Source of the DNA: an uncultured Gammaproteobacteria bacterium
GTDB taxonomy: Bacteria > Pseudomonadota > Gammaproteobacteria > Pseudomonadales > JAHEGP01
Assembly (NCBI GenBank): GCA_963751595.1
Contig: CAVVVC010000002.1
Location: 135,103 to 199,102 of the forward strand
Direction of reading: 5' to 3'
Length of the DNA stretch: 64,000 bases
Shown here piece by piece: positions 51,378 to 61,591 of this stretch. The notes below the pieces were generated by a model that was given only the letters and a program-made list of their open reading frames with translations, did not search any database and was not told the DNA's origin. Both the position numbers and the translations under genes were made by a program. Position 1 is the stretch's first letter. Each line of letters begins with the position of its first letter.

Positions 51378-52367
51378 ATGCCCAACCCCGCTATGTGGTA
51401 CCAGGCCCTGAGGACCATGCCCCAGGTCGACAAGGCTCAGTGGAAAGAACTCGATCCGATTTCGCGCTGGCTGATTGCCAGCCGCGCTTCGGTGTTGCTG
51501 ATGACGTTTACCTCCTGTGCGGTCGGCGGTTTGCTGGCCCTCCAGGATGGTGTTTTCAACGGCTTCTACCTGGTGCTTGTCATGCTGGGCCTGTTGCTGG
51601 CCCACGCGACCAACAACCAACTCAACGACCTGACCGACTCTGGACGCGGCATCGATAGCGATGACTATCACCGCAATCGCTACGGAACCCATGTGCTGGA
51701 ACATGGCCTGATGAGCCGCAGCGAAATGCTGCGTTATATTGCCTTCACCGGTGGCCTTGCGCTGGTGGTCGGTGCGATCCTGGTCTGGGAGCGGGGCGGC
51801 ATAACCCTGGGCTTATTGGCCGCAGGGGCCTTTTTTGTGCTGTTTTACAGTTACCCATTGAAGTATATCGGGCTGGGCGAGCCCGCCGTATTGCTGGTGT
51901 GGGGGCCGCTGATGATCGGCGGCACCTATTTCGTCGTCTCTGGCCAATGGAGCTGGAGTGTCGCCTGGATCAGCATGGTCTATGCTCTGGGTCCCACCTC
52001 GGTCCTGTTCGGCAAGCACACCGATAAGCTCGAGGTTGATCGCGCCAAGGGGGTGCGCTCGCTGCCCGTGATCCTGGGACAGGCGCGCGCCCGTCAATGG
52101 GTGCTGGTGATGATGGTGGCGCAGTACCTGCTAACGATTGGCCTGGTGGTAAGCCAACAGACCGGCCCCTGGTTGTTATTGGTGTTGCTTAATCTGCCTT
52201 CCCTGTGGCGCTTGATCGGCGCCTACAGGGCGTTGCCGCCCGCGGAGCGACCCGACGACTTTCCCGCAGAGGTGTGGCCCCTTTGGTATGCCGCCCATGC
52301 CTTCGATCACACCCGTAAGTTCAGCGGGCTTTTTCTGTTGGGGCTGGTGCTGAACCTATGGCTGTGA
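51378..52367 (+). CDS. UbiA-family prenyltransferase (MenA-like)
   Basis: The start is the ATG at 51378. The protein is polytopic with the Asp-rich motif NNQLNDLTDSGRGID (NxxxDxxxD). The substrate is unknown. Confidence 0.7.
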   Translation: MPNPAMWYQALRTMPQVDKAQWKELDPISRWLIASRASVLLMTFTSCAVGGLLALQDGVFNGFYLVLVMLGLLLAHATNNQLNDLTDSGRGIDSDDYHRNRYGTHVLEHGLMSRSEMLRYIAFTGGLALVVGAILVWERGGITLGLLAAGAFFVLFYSYPLKYIGLGEPAVLLVWGPLMIGGTYFVVSGQWSWSVAWISMVYALGPTSVLFGKHTDKLEVDRAKGVRSLPVILGQARARQWVLVMMVAQYLLTIGLVVSQQTGPWLLLVLLNLPSLWRLIGAYRALPPAERPDDFPAEVWPLWYAAHAFDHTRKFSGLFLLGLVLNLWL

Positions 52368-52790
52368 GGGGTCGTCCGGGCGCGGGCGCGGCTTGAATGG
52401 GCGAGGCCTCACCAGAAACCAGCTTGCTACCACCAGGCTGCCAAAAAGCGTATAGGCGACAAGGAAAACCCAGGGCGGCGCCTGGTAATAGAGCAGTTGC
52501 TGCAGCCAGTGGCTGATGAACGAGTCAGCATAAACGGTCTCCGCCGCCCTTGCGCGTAGCGCCATCTCCCAGGAAGTCAGTGGGCAGATGACGCCGAGCC
52601 AGGACTGCAGTACCACCACCAGGATGGCGACGAGATGGCATAGTCGAAACCAGGGATTTCGCACCCAGCGCCAATGACCCGGCTTGCCAGCCAGGATCAG
52701 TGCCAGACCGAGTACGATGAACGCAACGATGGCCACGTGAATGATCAGAACGGCATCGGCAGCCAGGCCGTACAGCGCAGTGTTTTCCAT
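52356..52790 (-). CDS. DUF2784 family membrane protein
   Basis: The start is the ATG at 52790. It has four TM-like segments and the conserved ...GVICPLTSWE... motif typical of DUF2784. It is convergent with the UbiA-family gene and overlaps it by 12 nt. Confidence 0.65.
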   Translation of the reverse strand: MENTALYGLAADAVLIIHVAIVAFIVLGLALILAGKPGHWRWVRNPWFRLCHLVAILVVVLQSWLGVICPLTSWEMALRARAAETVYADSFISHWLQQLLYYQAPPWVFLVAYTLFGSLVVASWFLVRPRPFKPRPRPDDPSQP

Positions 52791-52862
52791 CAACCTTCCC
52801 GCCCAGGTGGGTTGAGCGGCCACTAGTGTAGACCTCGGCGGGGTGGGCTCAAAACGATGCGC

Positions 52863-55070
52863 CTAGAAGCTCCCGCGTAGTTCAGCCCCGAAGTAGGTGG
52901 GCGCTGCGCGCAGGGCTACCGGGCCGGCGCCGAGGTCGCGATTAATTACAAAGTACTCGGTATTGAAAAGGTTTCTTGCCATCAACCGAAGCTGCCAGCC
53001 TTGCTGATCATTGGCGATGCCCAGGTAGAGATTGGAAACCGCATAGGCCGGCTGTTTCTCGCTGTCGAGATTCTGTACGCTGAAGTACTGTTCTCCCTGG
53101 TACAACCACTCGAAGCGGATACTGGCGTGACCGATCGCTGGCAGTGGATGGCGATACTCTCCAATCATGCTCACCGTCGTCTGCGGAGAGAGAATGGTGC
53201 GGTTACCGCTGAGGTCGATATCGTCCTGTACGAAGTCACCGAAGCGCGAGCGACTGAACGCGGCGCTGGACAGCAACTGCCATCGGGGATGGGGTTGCAC
53301 CTGCAGTTCCAGTTCCAGGCCGCTGCCATCAACCTCGGGCGCGTTGACCGTGCGGGCCAGTCCGTTGCTGATCAACTGCACCTGATAGTTGGTGTAATCG
53401 TAGCGATAGGCGGTGGCATTGAAACGTGCCCGTTGCTGCCAGAAGCTCGACTTCAGGCCAATTTCATAGGACCAGGAAGTCTCCTCGTCGAACTCGGATA
53501 GTTCGGTGGTTGCCGCAGGGTCAAAGCCCCCGGCTTTATAACCGCGACTGACGCTGGCATAGGTGAGCAGCGACTCGGTCCATTGGTAGTCCACTGCCAG
53601 CCGTGGCTGCCACTGATCCCAGTCCGCCGACAACTGCTGGACGCCGTCGGTGCTGTAACCGAGCACGTTGTTGCCAATAAACCGGGTGGTGACATTGTCC
53701 ACCGGCGGCGCATCGTAACTGTAGTCCTTGCGATCGAGGGTATAGCGCAACCCGGCCTGGGCAGAGAACCGGTCGCCCAGGGGCAGGCTGACATCGGCAT
53801 AGGCGGCGTAACTGCGGTAGTCGCCCTGGGTGGCCGAGCGCTCGGTCGCATCGCCGTCGCAGGGGCCAAGGAGCGCATCCGAAACCGGGTCGCACACCTG
53901 GAATAGCGGCTGGTCCGGAGGCGGTGGTGCAGGGGTGCCACCGATGGTATTGAACTCGTTGTAATTGAGCAGGATATCGGCATTGACATCCTCGGTGAAG
54001 TAGCTGGCACCCAGAATCCAGTCGAGTGAGCGGTATCGCCCGAGCAGGCGCAACTCCTGGCTGATCGTGGTTGAATTACGATCACTGAATCCGGCATTGA
54101 GGATGAATAACGCGCTGCCGTCGACATCGAACAGGTTGGGGCTGCGATTGTCGTGCCAGGCCGAAATCGACTTGAGTTGTAATTGTGGATCGATTTGCCA
54201 GTCGATATGCAGGCGCGCGTCGCGGCTGCGGTTATCGTCAAAAATCTCCTGGTCCGAGGCCATTTCACCGCTGAAGGGGTCGGGGCTGACTCCCCCCGCT
54301 GCCGCCAGCTCGGGATCGGTGGTGCCATAGCCGAGGCCGCCGGTGTTGCTGTTTTCCGCCGCTGCGGTCAACGTCATATCCAGCGTATCGCTGGCCCGCC
54401 AGAGCAGGGCGGCGCGGCCTGCCCAGGTGTCGCGATCACCGACCGGGCGATCGAGAAGGACGTTGCGGTTATAACCGTTGTCGGTATGGCGCAGCAGGCT
54501 GGCGCGCATCAACAGGGTATCCTCGACCAGGGGTGTATTGACGGTAAAGGTCGCGTCCACTGAGTCGAAGCTGCCGTAAGCCAGGTGGTAGTCCACGCTG
54601 GCTTCCTCACGGGGCTGGTTGCTTACAATGCTGATGGTCCCGGCTGAGGAATTGCGTCCGAACAGGGTGCTCTGGGGTCCCCGCAATACTTCAACTCGGG
54701 CTACATCCAGAAATGCCGCGCCGGTGGAATTGATGCGGCCGATGTAAGCCTCGTCGACAAAAACACCGACACTGGCCTCGCCGCCGATACCGAAGCTGTT
54801 GGAGCTGATACCGCGGATCGCAAAAATGGGAGTGCTGATGCCCTGTTCGATACCGCTGAGTCCCGGTGTATAGGCCACCATGGTGTCGATGTTGCTGATC
54901 ACCGAATCGGAGAGCAACTGCTGGTCGATGACGCTGACGCTCATCGGTATTTCCATGACCGACTGGGCGCGGCGCTGGGCGCTAACGACCACTTCCTCCA
55001 GCATCAGGGACTCTGCAATGGCATGGGCGGGAAGTAGTGTCAGGATTGTCAGTGTCAGGGGACTACGCAT
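52863..55070 (-). CDS. TonB-dependent receptor
   Basis: It has a signal peptide and a plug domain (EEVVVSAQRR..., VEVLRGPQSTLFGRNS). The large beta-barrel ends in ...ELRGSF. Confidence 0.9.
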   Translation of the reverse strand: MRSPLTLTILTLLPAHAIAESLMLEEVVVSAQRRAQSVMEIPMSVSVIDQQLLSDSVISNIDTMVAYTPGLSGIEQGISTPIFAIRGISSNSFGIGGEASVGVFVDEAYIGRINSTGAAFLDVARVEVLRGPQSTLFGRNSSAGTISIVSNQPREEASVDYHLAYGSFDSVDATFTVNTPLVEDTLLMRASLLRHTDNGYNRNVLLDRPVGDRDTWAGRAALLWRASDTLDMTLTAAAENSNTGGLGYGTTDPELAAAGGVSPDPFSGEMASDQEIFDDNRSRDARLHIDWQIDPQLQLKSISAWHDNRSPNLFDVDGSALFILNAGFSDRNSTTISQELRLLGRYRSLDWILGASYFTEDVNADILLNYNEFNTIGGTPAPPPPDQPLFQVCDPVSDALLGPCDGDATERSATQGDYRSYAAYADVSLPLGDRFSAQAGLRYTLDRKDYSYDAPPVDNVTTRFIGNNVLGYSTDGVQQLSADWDQWQPRLAVDYQWTESLLTYASVSRGYKAGGFDPAATTELSEFDEETSWSYEIGLKSSFWQQRARFNATAYRYDYTNYQVQLISNGLARTVNAPEVDGSGLELELQVQPHPRWQLLSSAAFSRSRFGDFVQDDIDLSGNRTILSPQTTVSMIGEYRHPLPAIGHASIRFEWLYQGEQYFSVQNLDSEKQPAYAVSNLYLGIANDQQGWQLRLMARNLFNTEYFVINRDLGAGPVALRAAPTYFGAELRGSF

Positions 55071-55290
55071 GTATTATAGGAGTACAGGGACGGGCTATCG
55101 GGTGCCGGTATAGTACCCCAGCCAGGGCTGTTTGGGTTCGTTGCTGAATAAAAAGTGTGCTGCCGCGGTTGCTGAAATCACCCGCCCTGGGCGCCGTGCC
55201 CGATAAATCCTGGTCGGCGGTGGCAATCGCTTTAGTAATAGCCCGAACAAGCTGTACAATAAGCTCGCAACGATACAGCGGGAGCGCCCA

Positions 55291-55896
55291 ATGAAAAAAT
55301 ATGTACTTTATCTGACTGCAGCCTGGATGCTGGCACTGTCGTCTTTCAGCACCGCAAAGGTGATAGAAGACTATTCGAAAACCATCGACATATTCAAATA
55401 TTCGCCGCTGGTGCAGGAATATTTCGAGAAGTCCTATGGCTACGCCGTCTACCCGAATGTTGGCAAGGGCGCCTGGTTACTTGGCTTCGCTTACGGCCAC
55501 GGGCAGGTATACCGGCGCGGCTACGTCACGGGCACCTCGAAGCTGTACCACCTCTCGGTGGGGTTCCAGATTGGCGGCCAAGTGTTCAGCGAAATTATTT
55601 TCTTCCAGGACCAGCGTGCCTACGAAGAATTCACCCGCGGTACATTCGAATTCGATGCCAAGGCAGCCGCGGTAGCGGTAACGGCGGGTGCCACCGCCCA
55701 GGGAGGGTCCACCGGAGTTTCCACCTCGCTGAGCGCGGGGCCTAATCAGGCCCGGCAGGGCGGTGCGCGCTACGTAAAGGGGCTGGCGGTGTTCGTACAA
55801 TCCAAGGGTGGCTTGATCGCCGAGGCCGCCCTGGGCGGGCAGCGAATCACTTTCACACCGATTGTGACAGGTACCAGCGCCACGCCAAGGCAGTGA
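55291..55896 (+). CDS. SYLF (DUF500/Ysc84-like) lipid-binding domain protein, secreted
   Basis: It has a signal peptide and a SYLF-like core (YAVYPNVGKGAWLLGFAYGHGQV..., SVGFQIGGQ). Confidence 0.7.
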   Translation: MKKYVLYLTAAWMLALSSFSTAKVIEDYSKTIDIFKYSPLVQEYFEKSYGYAVYPNVGKGAWLLGFAYGHGQVYRRGYVTGTSKLYHLSVGFQIGGQVFSEIIFFQDQRAYEEFTRGTFEFDAKAAAVAVTAGATAQGGSTGVSTSLSAGPNQARQGGARYVKGLAVFVQSKGGLIAEAALGGQRITFTPIVTGTSATPRQ

Positions 55897-55998
55897 GATT
55901 TTGCTGAATGGCGCGCCGTTCACGACTGCCCGGCGGCCCGGCGTTCCGGCGGCCCGGGATTCTGGGGGAATACCGGTAAGGCGCTACCAGCGGAGTGC

Positions 55999-56187
55999 CT
56001 AGTTGTTGTTTGCGGCCTCTTTGGCGGCCGTTTTCTTGGCAGAGCTGATAACGATATGCTTGCTCTGCTGGTAACCTGAAACACCGTTCTTGATTTTTTC
56101 TATTTTGCCGCCACGTTTCAGGAATGACTCGACATCGTCGTCGATCTGCTCGCTGGTACGATTGAGTGATGCTGCTGGTTTCTTCAT
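55999..56187 (-). CDS. Hypothetical small basic protein (62 aa)
   Basis: This is the only ORF in the gap and it is visibly lower in GC than its surroundings. It has no strong SD. The central segment ESFLKRGGKIEKI resembles, from memory only, the FLxRGGxIxxI region of SutA-type RNAP-binding proteins. Confidence 0.4.
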   Translation of the reverse strand: MKKPAASLNRTSEQIDDDVESFLKRGGKIEKIKNGVSGYQQSKHIVISSAKKTAAKEAANNN

Positions 56188-56324
56188 AGCTTACTGGATC
56201 CGTCGCTGCGGGAGGGTTGGCTAGTCGGTTGGCCGGTGCGGGGGCTGTGCTCGAGGCCGCTGGTGGCCCCAGGCAACAAGCCGCTGAACTGGCCACGCAC
56301 GGCCAGCCGTGTCGTGAGGTGTAA

Positions 56325-56401
56325 TGGTAGCAAGGGGCGGGTTCGAACCGCCGACCCCAGCATTATGAGTGCTGTGCTCTAACCAACTGAGCTACCTTGC
56401 C
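56325..56401 (-). tRNA. tRNA-Met (anticodon CAT), elongator type
   Basis: The reverse complement reads GGCAAGGTAGCTCAGTTGGTTAGAGCACAGCACTCATAATGCTGGGGTCGGCGGTTCGAACCCGCCCCTTGCTACCA. It forms a cloverleaf with the CTCATAA anticodon loop and an encoded CCA. It closely resembles E. coli metT, and position 1-72 is a G-U pair. Confidence 0.9.
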
Positions 56402-56467
56402 ATGGAAGGCGCGCATTCTGGCGATTTGGACAAGTTTTGTCAAGCTGTAACGGTGCTCTCCGGCAGC

Positions 56468-57559
56468 CTAAACATTGAACTTGAAATGAATCACGTCGCC
56501 ATCGGCGATAACGTAATCCTTGCCTTCAAGACGCCATTTACCGGCTTCTCGTGCCCCCTGTTCGCCATTGAACTCGATGAAGTCCCGGTAGGCGATAACT
56601 TCGGCCTTGATAAACCCACGTTGGAAGTCGGTGTGAATTTTGCCGGCACCCTCGGGGGCAGTAGCGCCGACGGGTACGGTCCAGGCTCGCACTTCTTTCT
56701 CTCCGGCAGTGAAGTAGGTGTGCAGTCCCAGAAGCTGGTAGCCGGCGCGGATTACCCGATTGAGTCCTGGCTCACTCATGCCCATTTCCGTGAGAAACTC
56801 CTGCCGCTCTTCGTCATCGAGCTCGGCGATTTCTGCTTCCAACTTGTTGCATATCGGCACCACGATGGCGCCCTCCCGCGCGGCCAGTTCGCGCACCGCA
56901 TCCAGCAAGGGGTTGTTCTCAAAGCCCTCCTCATCGACATTGGCGATGTACATCGTGGGTTGGCTGGTCAGCAGGTGGAGCGTTTCAACCACGGACCGCT
57001 CCTCGGTGGTGAGTTGCAGCGCCCGCACTGGCAGGCCCTCATCGAGTTGAGGTTGTATCTTTTCCAGAATCTTCAGTTGCGCCTGGGCTGCCTTGTCACC
57101 GCTGCGGGCTACCCGGCCGACCCGCTGTAATTGCTTGTCGACGCTCTCCATGTCGGCCAAAGCCAGTTCGGTGTTGATGATTTCAATGTCGGAGCAGGGA
57201 TCAATGGTGTTGGCCACGTGAATAACGTTGGGGTCGGTAAAGCAGCGTACCACGTGCGCTATAGCGTCGGTTTCACGAATGTTCGCCAGGAATTGATTAC
57301 CCAGGCCCTCGCCCTTGGAGGCTCCTTCCACAAGCCCCGCGATATCGACGAATTCCATGGTAGTGGGGACAACCCGCTGGGGGTTGACGATGGCTGCAAT
57401 GGCGTCCTGGCGGGGGTCGGGCACCGGCACTATCCCGGTGTTAGGTTCGATGGTGCAGAAGGGAAAGTTCTGCGCCTCGATGCCGGCTTTGGTGAGTGCG
57501 TTGAACAGGGTCGATTTGCCGACATTGGGCAGGCCAACGATACCGCATTTAAATCCCAT
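56468..57559 (-). CDS. ychF: Ribosome-binding ATPase YchF
   Basis: It has the G1 motif GLPNVGKST, a length of 363 aa, a C-terminal TGS-like domain, and conserved pth-ychF synteny. Confidence 0.95.
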   Translation of the reverse strand: MGFKCGIVGLPNVGKSTLFNALTKAGIEAQNFPFCTIEPNTGIVPVPDPRQDAIAAIVNPQRVVPTTMEFVDIAGLVEGASKGEGLGNQFLANIRETDAIAHVVRCFTDPNVIHVANTIDPCSDIEIINTELALADMESVDKQLQRVGRVARSGDKAAQAQLKILEKIQPQLDEGLPVRALQLTTEERSVVETLHLLTSQPTMYIANVDEEGFENNPLLDAVRELAAREGAIVVPICNKLEAEIAELDDEERQEFLTEMGMSEPGLNRVIRAGYQLLGLHTYFTAGEKEVRAWTVPVGATAPEGAGKIHTDFQRGFIKAEVIAYRDFIEFNGEQGAREAGKWRLEGKDYVIADGDVIHFKFNV

Positions 57560-57653
57560 TGTGGGCTCCTGACATGGGTGGATGAAGAGGCGTCGCGCCG
57601 GCTGTCCGAGAAATCCACAGGTGTCCTGGTGGGGCGGGTTCGGCTTCGAAGCG

Positions 57654-58244
57654 TTAAGCCGCGCCGCCGTTATAGCAATGCAATCGGTTCATTGCTCCCG
57701 GGATATCGCCGCTGACGACCTCAGGTAATACAGCCATCGAGGCATCGATGGCGCCGAGCAGCGCTGCCTGTTCAGACTGCGGTGCCCGGGAGAGCACATA
57801 GCCGGTAACCAGGTCCTTGCTGCCCGGGTGACCTATGCCCAGCCGCAAACGCAAGAAGTCTGCGTTGTTTCCCAGCGCAGAAATGGTATCACGCAGGCCA
57901 TTGTGGCCGCCGTGACCGCCTCCTTGCTTGAGGCGCGCGACGCCGGCGGGAAGGTCCAGTTCATCGTGTGCGACAAGGATTTCCCGGGGCGCAATCTTGA
58001 AAAAATTGGCCGTGGCAGCGACCGCCTGGCCAGACCGATTCATAAAGGTAGCGGGGACCAGAAGGCGAAGCTCCTGGCCGCCGATATCTATCCGTGCACA
58101 GGCGCCGAAAAAGCGCTTCTCGCTCATCAACTCACAGCCATGACGAGCGGCAAGGGCCGTAAGCAACCACTGGCCGGCGTTGTGTCGCGTGTGTTGGTAT
58201 TCTGGCCCGGGGTTACCCAGGCCAACCAGCAACCGAATGGTCAT
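57654..58244 (-). CDS. pth: Peptidyl-tRNA hydrolase
   Basis: The N-terminus [20 protein letters not shown] and the GGHNGLRD motif are present. Confidence 0.95.
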   Translation of the reverse strand: MTIRLLVGLGNPGPEYQHTRHNAGQWLLTALAARHGCELMSEKRFFGACARIDIGGQELRLLVPATFMNRSGQAVAATANFFKIAPREILVAHDELDLPAGVARLKQGGGHGGHNGLRDTISALGNNADFLRLRLGIGHPGSKDLVTGYVLSRAPQSEQAALLGAIDASMAVLPEVVSGDIPGAMNRLHCYNGGAA

Positions 58245-58267
58245 GGCTCAGTGTGGCGCGCCAGAGC

Positions 58268-58930
58268 TTACTCGTCGCCGCCGTCCGCCGCTGGCTCGTC
58301 AGGCTCGTCCGCCTCGCCGGTAACGTCCTCTTCAATATCCTCGACGGCTTTCTGTGCCGCCACCGAAGCCACGGGTAGGTCGTGGTCTTCGCCATAGCTC
58401 AGGGCTACACTCTCGACCTTTTCGGGGAGAACGATATCAGACAGGTGAAGGATGTCGCCCAGTTTCATTTCCAGCATATCGACTTCGATAAATTCCGGCA
58501 AATCGTCGGGAAGGCAGCTGACTTCTATCTCTATCACGTTGTGCTGTATACGGCCGCCCTCGATTTTGACGCCGTGGCACAATTCTTCGTTGATAAAGTG
58601 CAGCGGAACATGGACCTGCAATTTCTTGCTGCGATCGACGCGCAAAAAGTCGGCGTGCAGAATGATGGGGCGAGCCGGGTGGCGCTGAAGGTCCTTGAGG
58701 ATTGCCAGGACAACCTTGCCGTCGATGTTGATATCCAGCACTGAAGAGAACAGGGCTTCGTTCTCGGCCGCCTTGGCCATTTCACGGTGCAGAATCATGA
58801 TCGACTGGGGCTCGGCTTTACCGCCGTATATAACGGCGGGCAGCATTTCGTCGTTGCGACGCAGGCGGCGGCTCGCACCTTTCCCCGTGTCGTTTCGGAC
58901 CTTCGCGTTGATAACGATATTGTCTGACAT
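58268..58930 (-). CDS. rplY: 50S ribosomal protein L25 / general stress protein Ctc
   Basis: The ATG at 58930 lies 8 nt downstream of AGGAG. It has an L25/Ctc N-domain and an acidic C-terminal tail. The prs-rplY-pth order is conserved. Confidence 0.9.
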   Translation of the reverse strand: MSDNIVINAKVRNDTGKGASRRLRRNDEMLPAVIYGGKAEPQSIMILHREMAKAAENEALFSSVLDINIDGKVVLAILKDLQRHPARPIILHADFLRVDRSKKLQVHVPLHFINEELCHGVKIEGGRIQHNVIEIEVSCLPDDLPEFIEVDMLEMKLGDILHLSDIVLPEKVESVALSYGEDHDLPVASVAAQKAVEDIEEDVTGEADEPDEPAADGGDE

Positions 58931-58998
58931 CGTCATTTCTCCTGAAAAAAGCAATGCCGGCCCTGCGACCGGGCCGGCACCGCGGGTTGGTTTAGGGT

Positions 58999-59952
58999 TT
59001 AATCAAAAGCGTCGAACATGGCGCTTATGGATTCTTCGTTGCAAACTCGCCGGATCGCTTCCGCCAGCAACGGCGCCATGGTCAGTTGTCGAATGCGCTC
59101 GCAGCCGAGGGCTTCGTCGCGCAGGGGGATGGTGTCGGTGACTACCAGCTCATCCAGCTCCGACTTGTTGATATTGTCGATGGCCTTGCCGGATAGCACC
59201 GGGTGGGTACAGTAGGCAACGACTTTAATAGCGCCCCGGGCTTTCAGCGCGGTTGCGGCCTGGCAGAGGGTGCCCGCAGTGTCGACCATGTCGTCCATAA
59301 GGAGGCAGGTGCGCCCTTCGACCTTACCGATGATGTTCATGATCTGGGCTTCGTTGGCCTTGGGGCGGCGCTTGTCGATGATGGCGAGATCGGCATCGTT
59401 AAGCTGCTTGGCCAGGGCGCGGGCGCGAACGACCCCGCCAATGTCGGGCGATACCACCATCATGTTGTCGTATTGCTGCTTTTCGATATCCTCTATCAAC
59501 ACCGGCGAGCCGTAGGCATTGTCCACCGGGATGGCAAAAAAGCCCTGGATCTGCTCGGCGTGGAGGTCGACGGTGAGCACCCTGTCCACACCGACTTTGG
59601 CAATCATGTCGGCGACCACCTTGGCGCTGATCGGCACCCGTGCGGAACGTACCCTGCGATCTTGCCGCGCATAGCCAAAATAAGGCACGACGGCGGTGAT
59701 TCGACCGGCCGAGGCGCGACGCAGCGCGTCGGCAATCAGCAACAGCTCCATGATATTGCGATTGGGGGGCGCGCAGGTAGGCTGGATGATGAAGACGTCG
59801 TGACCGCGCACGTTGTCGTTGAGCTCAACGTTGATCTCGCCATCGGAAAAATTGCTGACCTTCGCCGCGCCCAGTGGTTCACCCAGTCTATCCGCAACGC
59901 GCTTTGCCAGCGCCGGGTTTGCATTCCCGGTAAATAGCTTGAGTTTTGACAC
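58999..59952 (-). CDS. prs: Ribose-phosphate pyrophosphokinase
   Basis: The N-terminus [16 protein letters not shown] is typical. The PRPP-binding loop (DDMVDTAGT) is present and the length is 317 aa. Confidence 0.95.
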   Translation of the reverse strand: MSKLKLFTGNANPALAKRVADRLGEPLGAAKVSNFSDGEINVELNDNVRGHDVFIIQPTCAPPNRNIMELLLIADALRRASAGRITAVVPYFGYARQDRRVRSARVPISAKVVADMIAKVGVDRVLTVDLHAEQIQGFFAIPVDNAYGSPVLIEDIEKQQYDNMMVVSPDIGGVVRARALAKQLNDADLAIIDKRRPKANEAQIMNIIGKVEGRTCLLMDDMVDTAGTLCQAATALKARGAIKVVAYCTHPVLSGKAIDNINKSELDELVVTDTIPLRDEALGCERIRQLTMAPLLAEAIRRVCNEESISAMFDAFD

Positions 59953-60046
59953 GGGTTGGTACCTGCTGGAATCAGAGTAGCGGATTTGAGGCCTGGTAAG
60001 ATTCTTGCTCGTGGTAGTGATGGCTCTGCACGCCTATCGCTGAAGT

Positions 60047-60121
60047 TGGCTGGGGCGGCAGGATTCGAACCTGCGCATGCCAGGATCAAAACCTGGTGCC
60101 TTACCGCTTGGCGACGCCCCA
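60047..60121 (-). tRNA. tRNA-Gln (anticodon TTG)
   Basis: The reverse complement reads TGGGGCGTCGCCAAGCGGTAAGGCACCAGGTTTTGATCCTGGCATGCGCAGGTTCGAATCCTGCCGCCCCAGCCA. It is close to E. coli tRNA-Gln. It lies between ispE and prs, as in pseudomonads. Confidence 0.92.
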
Positions 60122-60128
60122 ATAAACT

Positions 60129-60986
60129 TTACGTACGTGGTTCCAGCGCCTGGTAGAGGGGCGATTCGTTGACCCCCTGCGCTACGAACCAACGCCACTT
60201 GGCTGGAACTTTCTCCCCGGCCGCCAGCGCGGCTGCCCGTGATGAAAAAGCTACGAAGCCGCAACCACCGGTCCCTGTCATTCGCGCCGACCCCAATTCT
60301 TGTAGCCAGTCCAGCATTGCTTCAACGGGTGGGAACAGGCGCCGGGTAACAGGTTCGCAGTCGTTTCGACCGCCCGGATTTCGAAAGGCCGCTAATGTAA
60401 TGGGTTGCGTGTTTCGTGTCAAATCTTTGTCGGCAAAAACGGCCGCTGTGGGTACCTGCACGCCGGGGTCTACCACCAAAAACCACTGCTGCGACAGGTC
60501 TACGGGTGTCAGGGTCTCGCCGATGTCTTCGGCCCAGGCAGTTTGGCCTTCTATGAACACCGGAACGTCGGCACCCAGAGTCAGTCCCAGGCGGGCCAGT
60601 TGGGGCTTGCTGAGGCCGCATTGCCACAAGCGATTGAGGCCCACCAGGGTGGTCGCGGCATCGGAGCTGCCGCCCCCGAGGCCGCCCCCCGAGGGCAGTT
60701 TTTTTTCACAGTGGATATCCGCTCCCAGGGAGCAATGGCTGGCCTGCTGCAACAGGCGGGCAGCGCGATAAACGAGATTGTCCTCGGTGGCGACGCCATC
60801 GATGGCGCTGTGCAAGGCGAGCTTGCCATCATCCCGGCACTGCAATTCGATGCTGTCACCATAGTCCAGCAACTGGAACAGGGTTTGCAGGCGGTGGTAG
60901 CCGTCGTCCCGGCGGCCGATCACGTGCAGGAACAGGTTCAGCTTGGCGGGTGCTGGCAGCACGAGGCGGGCAGGCATTCGGGTCAT
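60129..60986 (-). CDS. ispE: 4-diphosphocytidyl-2-C-methyl-D-erythritol kinase
   Basis: The GHMP kinase motif PSGGGLGGGSSDAA is present. The N-terminus is PAPAKLNLFLHV. The gene overlaps lolB by 4 bp. Confidence 0.93.
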   Translation of the reverse strand: MTRMPARLVLPAPAKLNLFLHVIGRRDDGYHRLQTLFQLLDYGDSIELQCRDDGKLALHSAIDGVATEDNLVYRAARLLQQASHCSLGADIHCEKKLPSGGGLGGGSSDAATTLVGLNRLWQCGLSKPQLARLGLTLGADVPVFIEGQTAWAEDIGETLTPVDLSQQWFLVVDPGVQVPTAAVFADKDLTRNTQPITLAAFRNPGGRNDCEPVTRRLFPPVEAMLDWLQELGSARMTGTGGCGFVAFSSRAAALAAGEKVPAKWRWFVAQGVNESPLYQALEPRT

Positions 60987-61591
60987 CGCTTTCGTTCAAA
61001 TTGCCAATTGTGATAGAGCAAGGTGAGTTGGGTCTCAGGGCGGTTCATGACCATTTTTCGTGGCAGCCAAAGGTCCTGAACCTGAACGAAGTCACGGTAA
61101 TCGATTGACCAGCCACCCTGTTGCAGCAGGCTGAGGCGCCCGAGCTCGACCCGCTGTTGCTCGATTGGCAGGTCGGGGGAAGGCAGCCCCCGCGCCCAGT
61201 ACTGGAGCGCGCTGACGGGAATCTTCCAGCCGGTCAATTGCTCCAGCAGTAACTCCGGGCTGGCGGCACGGTAGACTCCTTCCCGGGTGCGTAGTTGTAC
61301 CCCTTGGTCGTTGCCATCTACCAGTACGGTGCCGATTCCCAGGGGGCCGGACAAGCGCAGTCGATAATGGCCCTGCTGCTGTTGCCAGTTGAGCTGCGCA
61401 CTGTTGCCGCGACCATTGGAACGGAGCCCGATCTTGCCCTCCACTTGCCAGTTGTCGAGCGCCTGTAATTGCTTTTGTTGCAGCTCGAAGTCCGACGCGG
61501 GAAGCTGGCGGCCAGGTGTGGCGCATGCTGCGACCAGCAGCACACCCAATGCAGCCAATGCCAGGCGTATGGATGGCCAGGGTGCTTCCAT
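60983..61591 (-). CDS. lolB: Outer-membrane lipoprotein LolB
   Basis: The ATG at 61591 overlaps the upstream stop (TGATG) and gives the lipoprotein signal LLVAAC. The position upstream of ispE is conserved. Confidence 0.8.
   Translation of the reverse strand: MEAPWPSIRLALAALGVLLVAACATPGRQLPASDFELQQKQLQALDNWQVEGKIGLRSNGRGNSAQLNWQQQQGHYRLRLSGPLGIGTVLVDGNDQGVQLRTREGVYRAASPELLLEQLTGWKIPVSALQYWARGLPSPDLPIEQQRVELGRLSLLQQGGWSIDYRDFVQVQDLWLPRKMVMNRPETQLTLLYHNWQFERKR

Noticed and set aside
55071-55290. A possible riboswitch (cobalamin or TPP) or Fur box upstream of the TonB-dependent receptor.
   Set aside because: The B12 box, the TPP CUGAGA/ACCUGA elements and the GATAATGATAATCATTATC-like sequence could not be found on the relevant strand.
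55930-55957. A direct repeat CCGGCGGCCCGG-cgtt-CCGGCGGCCCGG between the SYLF gene and the small ORF.
   Set aside because: There are only two short GC-rich units in a convergent intergenic region. This is most simply a low-complexity or weak hairpin region. It is not an array, and there are no further copies in the window.
56325-56401. A G1-U72 wobble at the top of the tRNA-Met acceptor stem, considered as a sign of a pseudo-tRNA or an initiator/Ile2 identity.
   Set aside because: The rest of the cloverleaf is canonical and nearly identical to elongator tRNA-Met. A terminal G-U pair is tolerated. It has no initiator features (no C1-A72 mismatch, no three G-C pairs in the anticodon stem).
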